Of a DNA stretch of 64,000 nucleotides, positions 12,106 to 23,349 are shown one piece after another. Position 1 is the stretch's first letter. Every line of letters starts with the position of its first letter. Source of the stretch: Blepharisma stoltei ATCC 30299. Taxonomy: Eukaryota; Protista; Ciliophora. The stretch lies in the NCBI GenBank assembly GCA_965603825.1, contig CBFDEM010000028.1:620395-684394 (forward strand). The letters are read 5' to 3'. The translations under genes were made by a program, and so were the position numbers. A model generated the notes under the pieces. It did not search any database. It saw nothing but the letters and a program-made list of their open reading frames with translations, and was not told where the DNA came from.

Positions 12106-13122
12106 TTATTGATTTTCTTCTTTCTTGTTTTCTTCCTCCTTTTTCTTCTCCTCATCTTTGCCTTGGAGAGACTTGAGAGCTTCTTGGATTGCTGGATCTT
12201 GCATATCAACTCCAGGGAGAGATGACAAAATGTCACTTACGAACTCTTGGTTTCTAAACGCTGAGACATCAGGATCCTCTTGTTTAGGAGGTTCTTGTTT
12301 GGCTTCTTCTTTGGGTGGCTCTTGCTCGATATCCATCATTGAGAGCTTAATGGCTTCTTGTAAAAGCCTTTCTTCTTCGTCTTCTTCTTGCATTTCTGAA
12401 ATTCCTTCCATTGGCTGATTTTGGCCTCCTTCTCTGTTTTGGTCGTCTTGTCTTTTCTTATGCTCTTCAAGACTTAGCCTAATCGCAGCTGCATATTCTG
12501 GATCTGCGTTTGGATCAATCCCTCCATACTCGCTAAAATTGGCTGGCTGTCCCGACCCTCCGTGCATAATTGGGGTATTTGCTAAGTTTTCTGACAAAAT
12601 TCCAATGCCAGAAGGAATGGACACCAGATGGGAGTTGTCGCCTGAGTTCACATTTTTATGGAGTTCTTGGAGTTTTTCAATATTATCTAAATTCCCGAAG
12701 ACTACTAAATCAAGTGAAATATTGTTCTTTTTAAGGTTCCTGCCAAGGGTCACTAGCTTTTCTGTTTCCACCTCCACAGGGCTGCACACGAATCCGATCA
12801 CTCGTTGCCTTTGCTCTTTATTTGATCTGTGCTTAAGGGCTAATTGAGCTGTCTGAAGGGCTGAGTAAAGGTCGGATTTGCCTTTAATACTGGTTGAGTG
12901 CATTGCGGCGAAAATCTTGGCTATGTCGTTCGTAGGAGCTACGAGAACATCGACTCTTGGACCTGCCATTGCTACGACTCCTACTGAGTTGCCGGGATTT
13001 TGAGTTTTGTTCCCTGCAATGATACTTGCAGCTTCTTGTTGGGCTTCCCACCTGTTAGGACTGTAATCACCATTGCGAGCCCATTCAGAGTTGTCAAGGC
13101 ATATTACTGTAGCTTCTACCAT
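12106..13122 (-). CDS. RPN10: 26S proteasome ubiquitin receptor RPN10/PSMD4
   Basis: MVEATVICLDNSEWARNGDYSPNR vWA domain, LALKHR, GIDPNADPE, UIMs (AAAIRLSLEE, LQEAIKLSM), C-terminal LSSLPGVD. True ATG at 13122 rather than the track's 13200. Confidence 0.96.
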   Translation of the reverse strand: MVEATVICLDNSEWARNGDYSPNRWEAQQEAASIIAGNKTQNPGNSVGVVAMAGPRVDVLVAPTNDIAKIFAAMHSTSIKGKSDLYSALQTAQLALKHRSNKEQRQRVIGFVCSPVEVETEKLVTLGRNLKKNNISLDLVVFGNLDNIEKLQELHKNVNSGDNSHLVSIPSGIGILSENLANTPIMHGGSGQPANFSEYGGIDPNADPEYAAAIRLSLEEHKKRQDDQNREGGQNQPMEGISEMQEEDEEERLLQEAIKLSMMDIEQEPPKEEAKQEPPKQEDPDVSAFRNQEFVSDILSSLPGVDMQDPAIQEALKSLQGKDEEKKKEEENKKEENQ

Positions 13123-14591
13123 TTTATTCTTATTTGAGATTTGAGTTTTGTATATGAAATAAGCAAGAAATAGCAGAGAAGCGAAAAGATAAGATATCAA
13201 TAGAAAAGGAAATCTCGGATTAAAAGCCGCTGTTTTGGATTTTGAGGGGTTTTATAATCTTCTCTATTATTGTTCTTAATCTATAAATTTTAAGATTTGA
13301 GATTTGCTATGAATCATCATCCAGAGTATGATTTAGAAACTTTTGAATGCTCTCCTTTAATAGTAAGCCTAGCTTTTGAATTTTAATTGCAAAATAAATA
13401 TCTAATACATTATCCATTATAAAGAAAAAACTATAAAAATACATTTCATATAAGAAATCTTTAAGTTTTAAGCCAAAACTTCAATATAATAAATTTATTA
13501 TCACTAATAGGAGGAGTAATAAAAATCTCAAAACTAATATACAATATATACATAACAGAAATCTTATAATTATCAATGGGAATATAAAAGTCTGCATCTT
13601 TGCGGTACTTCTTGTTCAGCTGCATAAAGTTCATCGTTTTGTTTTAGCAAAATTGATTTCATCTCAAAAAAAACCTATTTACAAGCCTAAATTCTGAAAA
13701 AGATGGAATAAATCTATTAACTTTCTAAGAATCAAAGCTGCTTGCTCACTATATTACTGCTACTAATATGCTTGAATCGCCCCTTTTCCAATTAAAATAT
13801 ATAAATTCTGCTAAATCATCTTCTTATTCTTTTATTATAAATTTTTTCGTATATTAAATCATTCTATAATCCTATATTCATATCTCGAAAAAAAGACTAA
13901 AATTAGCAATAAATATTCTCAATTTAATTCAATTTAAATCAAAATTTTTTGGTTTTATCATTTTTTTGTACAAATTTTGGGGTAAACTGATTGGAGGTAA
14001 TAAATGAAAATGTCAACAAGGGAAATCGAGAAATTCCAGGATGACTTCAAATTTTTGTTCAATTTTGAACAAGCCGAGAGCATTCTTGCATCTTTCCAGT
14101 CTTTGGAAAAGTAATTTCTATTTAGGGACTATAAGTCATTCCAAAGCGGATTGGACTATTCTAGCACATTGGTCGGGCATGTCCCAAATGAAGAGTTGGA
14201 TCATATTTGGAACGTCTATTTACCTAAAGAGCGTGTCTTTAGTTAAGCCGAAATTGTCTTTAAATAATTGATTCTTATAAATAATCGAGCCTTATAATAG
14301 CCTGCCTTTTCGAAATTTCGATTAAATTCCCTAGCTGAGTCTTATTAGCTAAAAATTGAAATTTTATAGAAACTTATTGATTAAATAAGCAGAAAACCTT
14401 TAAGTGACTATTGCTACTTATTATGAAACCAGCAAATAATTATTCCTGTATAGTTAAACTCACCATTTATATTGTTGTGTTCCTTATTTGCATCTTTGGA
14501 AGCCATAAAATTATTTCCTATTTAAAGAGTCTTTAAAATTTAAAATTTAAAAATTTCTAGCTTTTATGAGACTATATTAATTATTATGAAA

Positions 14592-16187
14592 TTAATTGTT
14601 TAATAAAGCATAAAGGCTTTTTCTCAGCTCATTTGTGTTAGCTTTCACAATAATTCGCTTTCCTTTGAAAATTATTTCTCCGTCCGGAGCATATAACACA
14701 CATTTGGTTTGGTAAAACTTCACGCTGGACTCCAGTCCTCTATTATAAAGCTTTTCTCTTATCAGCCGAATTCTATCTTGCAAACTAGCTACATATTTGT
14801 AATTTTTTAAATCCAGTGTTCCAACCACTGGGCAAACTTCTCCTGGACAATTTGCATGTATTTTAAATAAAGTAGGACTTGCGTTCACCGTGCAGACTTG
14901 TGCATCTTCATAATATTTAAGCTTTCTAATATTAAGAAGCCCTTCAAAGCTTTTCGGAATCAAAATAGTATCCGCTTTCGTGTTTTCCAAGCATGTTTCA
15001 ATTTCCCCTAAAACCAGCCCAACATTTAAATAACAGCTTTTTATATCAAAATTTTGCAAAATTCCTGCATTTTGAAAAGGGGGAAGAGCAGAATCTCTAT
15101 ACTGCCCATCTACAAGCACCATTACATTGTTAAACCCTTTTCTCGAAAGATGAGAAATAACGTAATCTGCTTCTCCAAGTCTTAAGCTTGAATGAGAAAG
15201 TAATAAAATGCATCGGGATTTCAGCTTGGCCCCAAACCCGTCTTTTAAGTTGTGAAATACTGCTAAATGGCCTTTTTCTTTGGCAGCTTCAAACATAAAG
15301 CAATTTTGAGGAATATAAGCCTTCATCCTTAAATCATGGCTTAACCACTCAGTGCATCCAGATGCATATGAGAAAAAGGCGTTAGCTGAAGGCGCCATAC
15401 AGAGTGTAGGAATATCAAATAGTGTCCCTGCTGAAAGCACGTGGGATTCCAAGTCTAAAAGCTGCCAAGACTCTATAGGTACCACAATAGAGCTTTGAAA
15501 AGCCAAAGATCTACAAGTCTCTATAAAAGTGTTGTATAAGGCTTTAGCTGAAAATGGCTCTGTAGAAGGCGTGTTCTGTGGGGTGAAAATAATGATGTTT
15601 GAGTTGAAAATGCTTTGGTTAAACGCTGCTGGGTATCGAGAAGCGTCTAAACAGGACTGACTGATAATTCCAATAGTGAGATTTCCTAATTCCAATATCC
15701 AGTTGGCTCCACCTAAGCTATGTCCTGAGCTTACTGCTGCAATTTTAAGCTCTCTAAGCTGATATATTTGGTTGTAACTTAGCGGGATCACCTTTTTCCA
15801 TATCCCTTTTATGTCTTCAGAGCTGTATAAGTTGCTTGTTCCAGCCATTGTCCTCATATATTCTTCGTCGAATTCTAATAATTCTTGACATATACTGGCC
15901 CCAAGTGTTGACACAGGCTCAGTCATAAGGATTTTCCCGTTAAATTTGGTGTTTAGGTAGGGAAGAGCGTGGATTGTAGTTATGTTAGATATTAAGACAA
16001 GGTCAATTAAGCTGATATCTAGGTCTGATATTCAAGCATGCTCATAAACAATAGGCTCATGATGAGAATCAATTGAAATTGGGGTGCTTTTTAATAGAGA
16101 AGACATACTTATTGGGCATTCTACTAAGATTGAAGTGTCAGAAATCTTTAAAAGAAGAGCTTTATCTTGAATTGATCTTATTTCCAT
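14592..16187 (-). CDS. INTS9: Integrator complex subunit 9 (inactive MBL/beta-CASP), ~531 aa
   Basis: Extending upstream through TGA gives DISLIDLVLISN...ALPYL..KFNGKILMTEP; also SSGHSLGGANW and HSSLRLGEA, matching INTS9 motifs. Confidence 0.85.
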
Positions 16188-16484
16188 TTATAAAATTTCA
16201 AGACTTATTGGGCTTAATTTGGACTAATTACGGACTTTTCTTAAGAAATTTTGGAGATAAAATGATGCTATTTATAATATCAGAAGAGTGTAAGGCATTA
16301 TATAAATTAAAACGCTTATAAAAATAAAAATTGTTAGCAGCCGACAAAATCAAAAAAATCGCCTGATGACGAAAACCTTAATTTGTGGTGAAATATACCT
16401 GAGCTTCAAGATTTCAACAGAGGAGACAGACTAGAATTAAATTTTATGAGAAAAGTTATCTAGAAAGGTTGATTAGTTAAGCCT

Positions 16485-16664
16485 TTACTCCTTTACTGGA
16501 TGCTTTATGTTTGGATCATGAAGTTGAGCAAAACGTCTGTTCTTTCTGTACTTCAAATCGCAACCACGGAGAGACTCATGAAGCTGCTTCTTTGGTCTCT
16601 TGATGCCATTTCTATGGTTCTTGTGTCCTTGATTGTGGCTTGAGTGTACCTTTTCCTTAGACAT
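16485..16664 (-). CDS. RPL29: 60S ribosomal protein L29 (eL29), 59 aa
   Basis: Hand translation MSKEKVHSSHNQGHKNHRNGIKRPKKQLHESLRGCDLKYRKNRRFAQLHDPNIKHPVKE*; HNQ..K.HRNGIK.P signature. Absent from the ORF track. Confidence 0.93.
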   Translation of the reverse strand: MSKEKVHSSHNQGHKNHRNGIKRPKKQLHESLRGCDLKYRKNRRFAQLHDPNIKHPVKE

Positions 16665-17045
16665 TTATTTTATATTGTAAAATTTTACATGAGATTAACT
16701 ATTTTAGCAAGTTAAAATAACCACTATCCTTGTGTTATTATAAATTATGTAATTCATATTTCTTTTCAAAAAATGAAGAGTCTAGCTTTATTTGTGAGAT
16801 ATAATAAATATTTGATTGGATAAAGAAATTAGGCTCAATGCATCTATTGCAGCCATTCAGATTTTTTATTTATATGTAATGGAATATCTTATTATTGAAT
16901 CAAATACCATGATAAAAAGTGATGACGATTAAGATTATTTAGCCTTAGGGTTCTAGGATTTATATTTTGTGCCATTTAAAATTCATTTTTTAAGCCATAG
17001 AATCCATATTTACCGTCGAGCCGATAGACCAATCTCATAATATTT

Positions 17046-17846
17046 ATGTGCAAACTTAACTTAAATTGTCAAGTACAAGACTCAACATGTACATGCGCAT
17101 CGCAAATTCATTCAAAGGGATTCAGGCCATGCCAAAATTATCTTGATACCTACGGGATTCTGCCTAAGCCAATCTTCCCAGAAGAGCAATCTCAAAGCCC
17201 AATTTTTCAACTAATTGCACAACAAATGAAAGCAATAAAGATTCTTACAGAAAGAAGCGCACAAACAACAGAAAAACTGATTCAGTTAACCCAAATCGTT
17301 GACAGACTCGCAAATAACCAACAAACCCCTGAAGCTGTCTCTCCATGCTTGCATTCGTCAGAAAGTGTAACAACGTCAGAAGATTTACTGACTGCCATAT
17401 GCGGTCCACACCAAGATTTTGACTTTTTCATTCAACTAGTGAATGAAATTCCTAACCCAGCATACAAAGAGCGTGCTTTTCAAGTTGTGGCACAGATAGT
17501 AGATGCCGAGGGGAACAAAGTGACATTGCCAAATATGGTGTCATTTAACATTATGCTATTCACAACAGAAAGTCCGACAAAATCACTGAAAGTTAACACT
17601 TCTGGGGACAAGATCATGAGAGGGACAACGGAGGTTGAGGCAACTTCTGAATTAGTCTTCAGAAAAGTTGTAATTAAAGAAGTGACTTCTCACTTCAGAA
17701 ATGGCTGCATTTTCATGGCGATTTGCCCGAAGCAGAACTCGAGGATCAAACCATTAATCATTAACAACGTTGTTGTTAAAGCTAGGAAGCTCTGCCCAAA
17801 CGCTGGAGCAGTTAAAAAACTCAAAACTGAAGAAGATAACATATAG
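17046..17846 (+). CDS. Hypothetical protein, 266 aa: Cys/His N-terminus, short coiled coil, beta-sandwich C-terminal domain
   Basis: Uninterrupted ORF ATG to TAG, basic C-terminus (KARK...KKLK). Confidence 0.8.
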   Translation: MCKLNLNCQVQDSTCTCASQIHSKGFRPCQNYLDTYGILPKPIFPEEQSQSPIFQLIAQQMKAIKILTERSAQTTEKLIQLTQIVDRLANNQQTPEAVSPCLHSSESVTTSEDLLTAICGPHQDFDFFIQLVNEIPNPAYKERAFQVVAQIVDAEGNKVTLPNMVSFNIMLFTTESPTKSLKVNTSGDKIMRGTTEVEATSELVFRKVVIKEVTSHFRNGCIFMAICPKQNSRIKPLIINNVVVKARKLCPNAGAVKKLKTEEDNI

Positions 17847-17864
17847 AATATAGTAATTTATCAT

Positions 17865-19907
17865 TTAATCTGATATTAAGACGCTTGAATGCATAAATCT
17901 TGGATTCTGTAAAGGCAAAAGCTCAGTCCACTTATCTTCTACAACAGAATATCTTTCGACAACAGCAAGAGCTGATCCGTTAAATCCTCCGATTGCATAT
18001 ATAAATTGGCAGTCTGGAGAAACAACTGCACTTAGTGTGCATCTAGCGTGCTTCATGGATGCTAGATTTATCCATTTTCCCATCCTTATATCGAATTTCT
18101 CCAATGTTTTCAAATATTTTCCTCCATCATATCCTCCAATAGCATAGATCCCATCAGGAAGTGTAACCGCTGACAGCGCTCTTCGAGGAACCTGCATTGA
18201 TGGGATTTCTTCTCATGAATTTGTCTCCATGCTAAACCTTTCTGAGGAATTCAAGCACATCATTTCTCCACCTCCATAGCCTCCAATTGAATAAATCTGT
18301 AAATCGGGCCCAACAGTCCCAGCAGTCTCATCACGCCTTTGTTTCATAGGGGGCAATGAGCTCCATCCTCTGTCATTAAAGCATTCAAAAACGCGTAAAG
18401 GAACTCCGTCACTGCCTCCTAACACGTATATGTCATCTAACTAAAAATTACTTGAAATTGACATAGCGGCGAACCCACTTCTAGGGGAGGTTAGCGTTAT
18501 GTCACTTAAAAGTCATTCATTTGTGTGGATATTATATTCCTCACTAGAAGAAATTCGCTTTCCTGCATGTTTTCCACCTATCATAAGTATCGAATTATTC
18601 AAGGAAATTGCCCCAAATTGAGTTCTAGACGTTAAAGAGTCTGCTAAAAAATCTGAGGAATTAGTTGTGCAGTTATAGCATTCTAAGCTGACTAATCCTT
18701 TATCAGAAAACCCTCCAAGAGTATATATATTGGCTTGTGGGGCTTTATAAAGGGAAGCTAAGTCGAAAGATTTCATTGAAAACGCGAATTCGTCTGGCGG
18801 CTTGTGGAAGCCTGAAAAGTCGTCATTTCACTCAAATAAGCCGTCATCATGAGGAGTTTGCCCTGCTGAGCTTTCTTTAGGCCTTCCTATCTGTTTCGGC
18901 TTCTTCTGGGTTGGTTTTACAGTTGCAGGTCTTTGCTTTACTTCTTTTTTCCCACCCTTTTTCTCAATTTCTACTACAGGCTTCGCATTTCCTCTTAAAT
19001 CTTTCGAAAAAGCTGCATTTGCAAGGGCAAGCGGCACTTTTTCTTCATTTTTTTTCGGCTGGATTTTTGATTTCGGGGCATATGCAAAGACTTGCTTTAT
19101 GAGTTTCCAAAAGAAATTGGCTTCAATTTCACGTGAAAACTGAGAAAACGCGTCACTTTTACTAAAAGCTTGCAGCTTAGAGCAAGCTTGTTTGGCTACG
19201 GCTTCTCTTGATTTAAATCTTGAAATTAATTCAAGGTCATTTTCTGATTCAGCTCTTTCTAATTCACTTTTAAAGCTTTGGATTAAGCAGGCTTGTTTTT
19301 TGTTTTGTTTATGTCTTTCGTCAATAATAGCTAAATCTTCATCAAGCGTCGTCTTCATTCTTGCTACCATTTCGTTTTCTCTTGCTAACAAGGCTTCTCT
19401 TATAGCTTCATAAAATCCTGAAAATTCTTTTAAAACTTTTTCATAATTTTCATACGAAATTTTTGTGAGATTTTCCAGTTCCTGTTCTTCTTTTATTAGT
19501 CCTTGCTCATTTTGTAGCGCAGAAAGGGCAAGATTTGATAAGATTTCTCGCTGCTTGCCTGCAGCTTTAGAAATTGAAGAAATGTCGTGTGATTTGTGAC
19601 CGCTGTCTAAAATACAGCTGACGCATAATACTTTGTGATCATTGTTACAGTAACCTTCTAAACTTTTCCCATGAATTTCGCATAAATCTTGTGCTGGTTT
19701 TTGTCTGAGTTGAATTAATGCGATATTTGCTGGGAAACTATTAACACTTGTAGCGGGATTTTTAGTGTTGCATTGAGGGCAGATTACTGAGTTTGAGACT
19801 AATAGGGTGGAGACACAAGAATGGCATAGAGTGTGGCCGCAGGTTGTTAAAATGCGTGGAAGACGGTGGGGTTCTTCAAATTCTAGCTGGCATTCATAGC
19901 ATTCCAT
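17865..19907 (-). CDS. RING / B-box / coiled-coil / Kelch-repeat protein; exons 19907-18452, 18436-17865
   Basis: RING CYEC...CGHTLCHSC...CPQC, B-box CEIH...C.SC...H..H, coiled coil, six Kelch repeats (IY.IGG). TGA at 18513 and 18213 fall on conserved Kelch Trp positions; one 15-nt intron. Confidence 0.92.
18437..18451 (-). other. 15-nt intron GTAATTTTTAGTTAG
   Basis: Removal deletes an in-frame TAG and gives SIS-N-DIYVLGG, the proper Kelch spacing. Confidence 0.88.
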
Positions 19908-20299
19908 CTTATATTATTTATATTGGAGGAGTTTTCAGATTAAATTTAGAATCGGGATTAGGTTGATTTGAAAATAGTAGAAATTAAAGCAGGTAGGAGA
20001 GGGATTGATAGGTGATTTTAAAATATTTTAAGGCGATAGATATTTTTGAATATGACATTTTTGAAAATAATGAAGAAAAATTGAGATTAGACTAGTAATA
20101 ATTAAATGCATGAATTTTATATAGCTTAATTCGAGAGATAAAATAATCTAAATGCTGCCAAGCTATCACCTTTTTTCTTTAAAAATTTTCTATTATAATT
20201 CTTTTACAAAGGCTAAATTCTTTTAATTTCGCTTCCTTATTAAATTATTTCTACCTTCTCTCAAATAGTTCTCTAGTCTAAATAATTCTCAAGTCTAAA

Positions 20300-20995
20300 A
20301 TGGTAACCAAACTGCAAACTAGATTTCATTCTCCTTTACACATGAAGCCAGATGACACCAATCTCCACCCATCTCGAATAGGAAAAGATTCCTACCACTG
20401 AAGTTTTGGAAAAGCTCGCAGATTTCACGAGCGGAAGTTAACGATTGACCCAGATTTTATAACTCCTCCTACATCTCTTGCAAAACGAGCCACCTCATTT
20501 GGATTAGGACGCAGATGAGAGCCAAAGAATGACAAAGGGAAAGACTCGCCTCCTCCAACAACCTATAACCCTCCTGGTTTATTTACAAATAATTCAAAAA
20601 CCTTGAACTTCGGCATTGGGTCTACTGCAGAAAGAATTCCTATGAGGATGCAGCTAACTCCAGGGCCAGGGTCATATAACCCGTCCTCTCCTCTAGGTGA
20701 GGGCTCTCCTAAGTTCTCATTTAGACCAAGAATCCAGCTCAAAGCCAAGATTGCGTCGCCATGTCCTAGTCTTTATAGCCCAAATTTTAAACTTATAGAA
20801 AAATCAAATTATTCAAAAATTGGGTTTGGATATGGACAAAGACTGAAAATTGGCTCACGAGATTCAAGCCCAGGCCCAGGCTCCTATGATGTGCTTTCAG
20901 GGTTTTCAACCACTCAATCTAGATTTGTCACACCAATTAGAAACCATACCCCAATTCATCAGCATAAAAGGTTGTTATCTGCATTGGACCATTAA
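20300..20995 (+). CDS. SHIPPO/PGP-repeat (ODF3-like) microtubule/ciliary protein, ~231 aa
   Basis: ATG 20300 in frame with track ORF 20603-20995 through two TGA. Repeats SPPPTTY, TPGPGSY, SPCPSLY, SPGPGSY, each near SFG/GFG. Confidence 0.85.
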
Positions 20996-21039
20996 CAAAT
21001 TTTACTTTTCTTATTAATTTTTCACTGGCAAAATAAAAA

Positions 21040-22842
21040 ATGGAATCATTGCTTGAGTGCATTATTTGTAAAGAGCCGTATAACCAAAGTAACCGAGCGC
21101 CCATAATTTTGACATGTGGACATACTTTTTGCAAATCCTGTGTTCATAAAATGTCACAGCATAGTCAATATATTCGATGTCCTATAGATCGAAAATTCGA
21201 ATCGAGGGATCTGTCAAGTCTTAACATGAACTATGCAATAGTTCAAATCCAAGAATATGAGAGGACTGGGATATTGGCGAAAGAGCGATGCAAAGCCCAT
21301 GAATTTCCTATAGTGATTACATGCAAAACTTGTAATATAGATTGCTGTCCTAAGTGCATCAGAAAGCATTTATCACATGATATGTACGATATGGAGCACC
21401 CTACACTAATACAAGAGCTCGATAATTCTATGAATGGTTTCGAAATAAAAATAAAAGAGTACCTCGATGCTTCTTTTTCAGCAAAAAATCGGCTTGATAA
21501 AGAAATTAGCGAGCTTGATCACCAAAAAGTGAAATTAAAAAAAGAAATCGAAGATGCGTTTGAGTCACTGATGAGGATTCTGGAAAATAAAAAAATTCAA
21601 AGCATTCAGCAACTTGACCACAAAATTAAAGAAAAAGAAGATTTTTTAAAGCAGAGGCTTAATGACGTAAATGAGCAGATAAAATACTACTCGATGCACT
21701 ATGACGAGTTCCAGCATATGAAAAAGTACTATAAAGAAAGCACTTTTATTGACAGAGTGGTCAGCTGCAGAAATGTTTTGAGAGAACTGAACTTTGTGCA
21801 GTTTATCAAGCCAAAAGATATTAATGACAATAAATTGAGGATTATTGTGGACACAACTCCGCTGATTGCTCATTCTATTGGGTCCGTTAGTTTCAATGAA
21901 AAATCATCGTCAGAAATATTAATGGAGCAGCTTAATTTTCAAATTGAAGAATTAAAATCAAATAAATTGATTTACAATAAAACTAACCCAGAACAAAAGC
22001 TCAGCTTAGAAATTCAATCCATCTCAAATTTTTTATGCATGTCCGAAAACATCCCAGAGCTTGCAAAAATGCACCTAATCGAGTGCTGTTGCAATGAAAT
22101 TTTAGGCTATTCTTCACTAAAATTAAGTGATCACTTAAAGCAAGAGCTTTCTAAAAAAATAGATACCGAGAGTTTATTTGATACAAAAATTCAAGAATAT
22201 ATCCCAACACTCAGAAGTAAACTAAAGTACGTAAAAGGTTTAATATACTCACTAGAAAAAATCCACGAAAAAGAGTGGGAAAAAGGCTTATATGTCTTAC
22301 ATTGTTTAATTATCAATGAAAATGAGTACGATTTTGCTGAGTTGTATTTGCAGATCGCATTGCTCAGAATATGCTCCCAATCATTTTATATAATAAATCA
22401 GTTTAAAGTGATTGACGCACTTCCTTTAGTAGACCTTATAAAGCGATATACAAAGTTTCATTTTCTCCCCTCTACAATGTGCTATAAACAAGTGATGTCA
22501 AGCCTAAGATTTGCTTATAAATTCGTAGAAAACCAAATGCCGGATTTTTTCTTCCCTTATTTTAAGACCCAATATTCAGCATATTTAACTGAAATGAGTT
22601 CTAAAGCGACCGAAAATATTCCGTCTGAATATCCATCTGAGCTTTTAGCTATTTTTCAAGGCCTTGATAGCTCTGATTTGCATTTTTGGAAAGACTCAGA
22701 TCTATCTAAACAATTTTTAAATAAAGTCCATAGGTTCAAAGAAGAATGTTCTCCGTGGTTCCAGGCTTTGAGATTTGTCCAAGAAAGAGGGGAAGAACTT
22801 TCAGATTTTGAATTGGCAGCTTTAGAAAGATCTCTTAATTAA
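21040..22842 (+). CDS. RING / B-box / coiled-coil (TRIM-like) E3 ligase with helical C-terminal domain, 600 aa
   Basis: CIIC...LTCGHTFCKSC...CPIDR, CKAH...CKTC..CCPKC..H.SH, coiled coil. Confidence 0.9.
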   Translation: MESLLECIICKEPYNQSNRAPIILTCGHTFCKSCVHKMSQHSQYIRCPIDRKFESRDLSSLNMNYAIVQIQEYERTGILAKERCKAHEFPIVITCKTCNIDCCPKCIRKHLSHDMYDMEHPTLIQELDNSMNGFEIKIKEYLDASFSAKNRLDKEISELDHQKVKLKKEIEDAFESLMRILENKKIQSIQQLDHKIKEKEDFLKQRLNDVNEQIKYYSMHYDEFQHMKKYYKESTFIDRVVSCRNVLRELNFVQFIKPKDINDNKLRIIVDTTPLIAHSIGSVSFNEKSSSEILMEQLNFQIEELKSNKLIYNKTNPEQKLSLEIQSISNFLCMSENIPELAKMHLIECCCNEILGYSSLKLSDHLKQELSKKIDTESLFDTKIQEYIPTLRSKLKYVKGLIYSLEKIHEKEWEKGLYVLHCLIINENEYDFAELYLQIALLRICSQSFYIINQFKVIDALPLVDLIKRYTKFHFLPSTMCYKQVMSSLRFAYKFVENQMPDFFFPYFKTQYSAYLTEMSSKATENIPSEYPSELLAIFQGLDSSDLHFWKDSDLSKQFLNKVHRFKEECSPWFQALRFVQERGEELSDFELAALERSLN

Positions 22843-22879
22843 TATACATAATTTCAATAATTTTTTAAATTGAAATAAT

Positions 22880-23260
22880 ATGCAAGAAGAATCAAGACAA
22901 GGCTTCAAAAAATCAAGGAGATCACTATCAGGGAGCTTAACTGGGTATTTTTCACCTTTTAACAGATCTACACCTAAAAGTGCGACTGGGAAGCATCCAA
23001 TTTGGGAAACAACTCAGGACGAAACTAATGAAGAGCCTTATAAGCGCTTAATTACAAAAAAAAGCTTGAAAGAAGCTTGTGCAGGTTTAGACTTAAAAAA
23101 CCAGGATAATTTAAAGAAAGAAATTGATGCGAATTCTATGAGACATTTTTTCAATTCACCAGTACCTAGTTTTTCAATTGATGAAAGAGAAATCATAAGC
23201 GAAATTGAAAATCTCCTGACAAGAGCTAATGAATTGATGGCAAAATTAGAAAGAGTGTAA
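22880..23260 (+). CDS. Hypothetical protein, 126 aa
   Basis: ATG to TAA ORF after an AT-rich spacer; purine-rich coding-like composition; C-terminal amphipathic helix. Confidence 0.7.
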   Translation: MQEESRQGFKKSRRSLSGSLTGYFSPFNRSTPKSATGKHPIWETTQDETNEEPYKRLITKKSLKEACAGLDLKNQDNLKKEIDANSMRHFFNSPVPSFSIDEREIISEIENLLTRANELMAKLERV

Positions 23261-23349
23261 TTATATTTATTAATAGTCAAATTAAGCTGAAATTTCGTAT
23301 ATGATTTAGAAGATTCTAAAATTTTCATTTATCCATTCTTAAATAGCAT

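Noticed and set aside
13123-13200. Hydrophobic N-terminal extension on RPN10
   Set aside because: Begins at TTG in AT-rich upstream DNA; the conserved RPN10 start is ATG 13122.
13250-14500. Gene or mobile element in the RPN10-INTS9 gap
   Set aside because: No sustained frame, terminal repeats or recognisable motif found by eye.
16363-16376. Hammerhead ribozyme core (CTGATGA-C-GAAA)
   Set aside because: Only one base between the motifs, so stem II cannot form; no stems I/III found.
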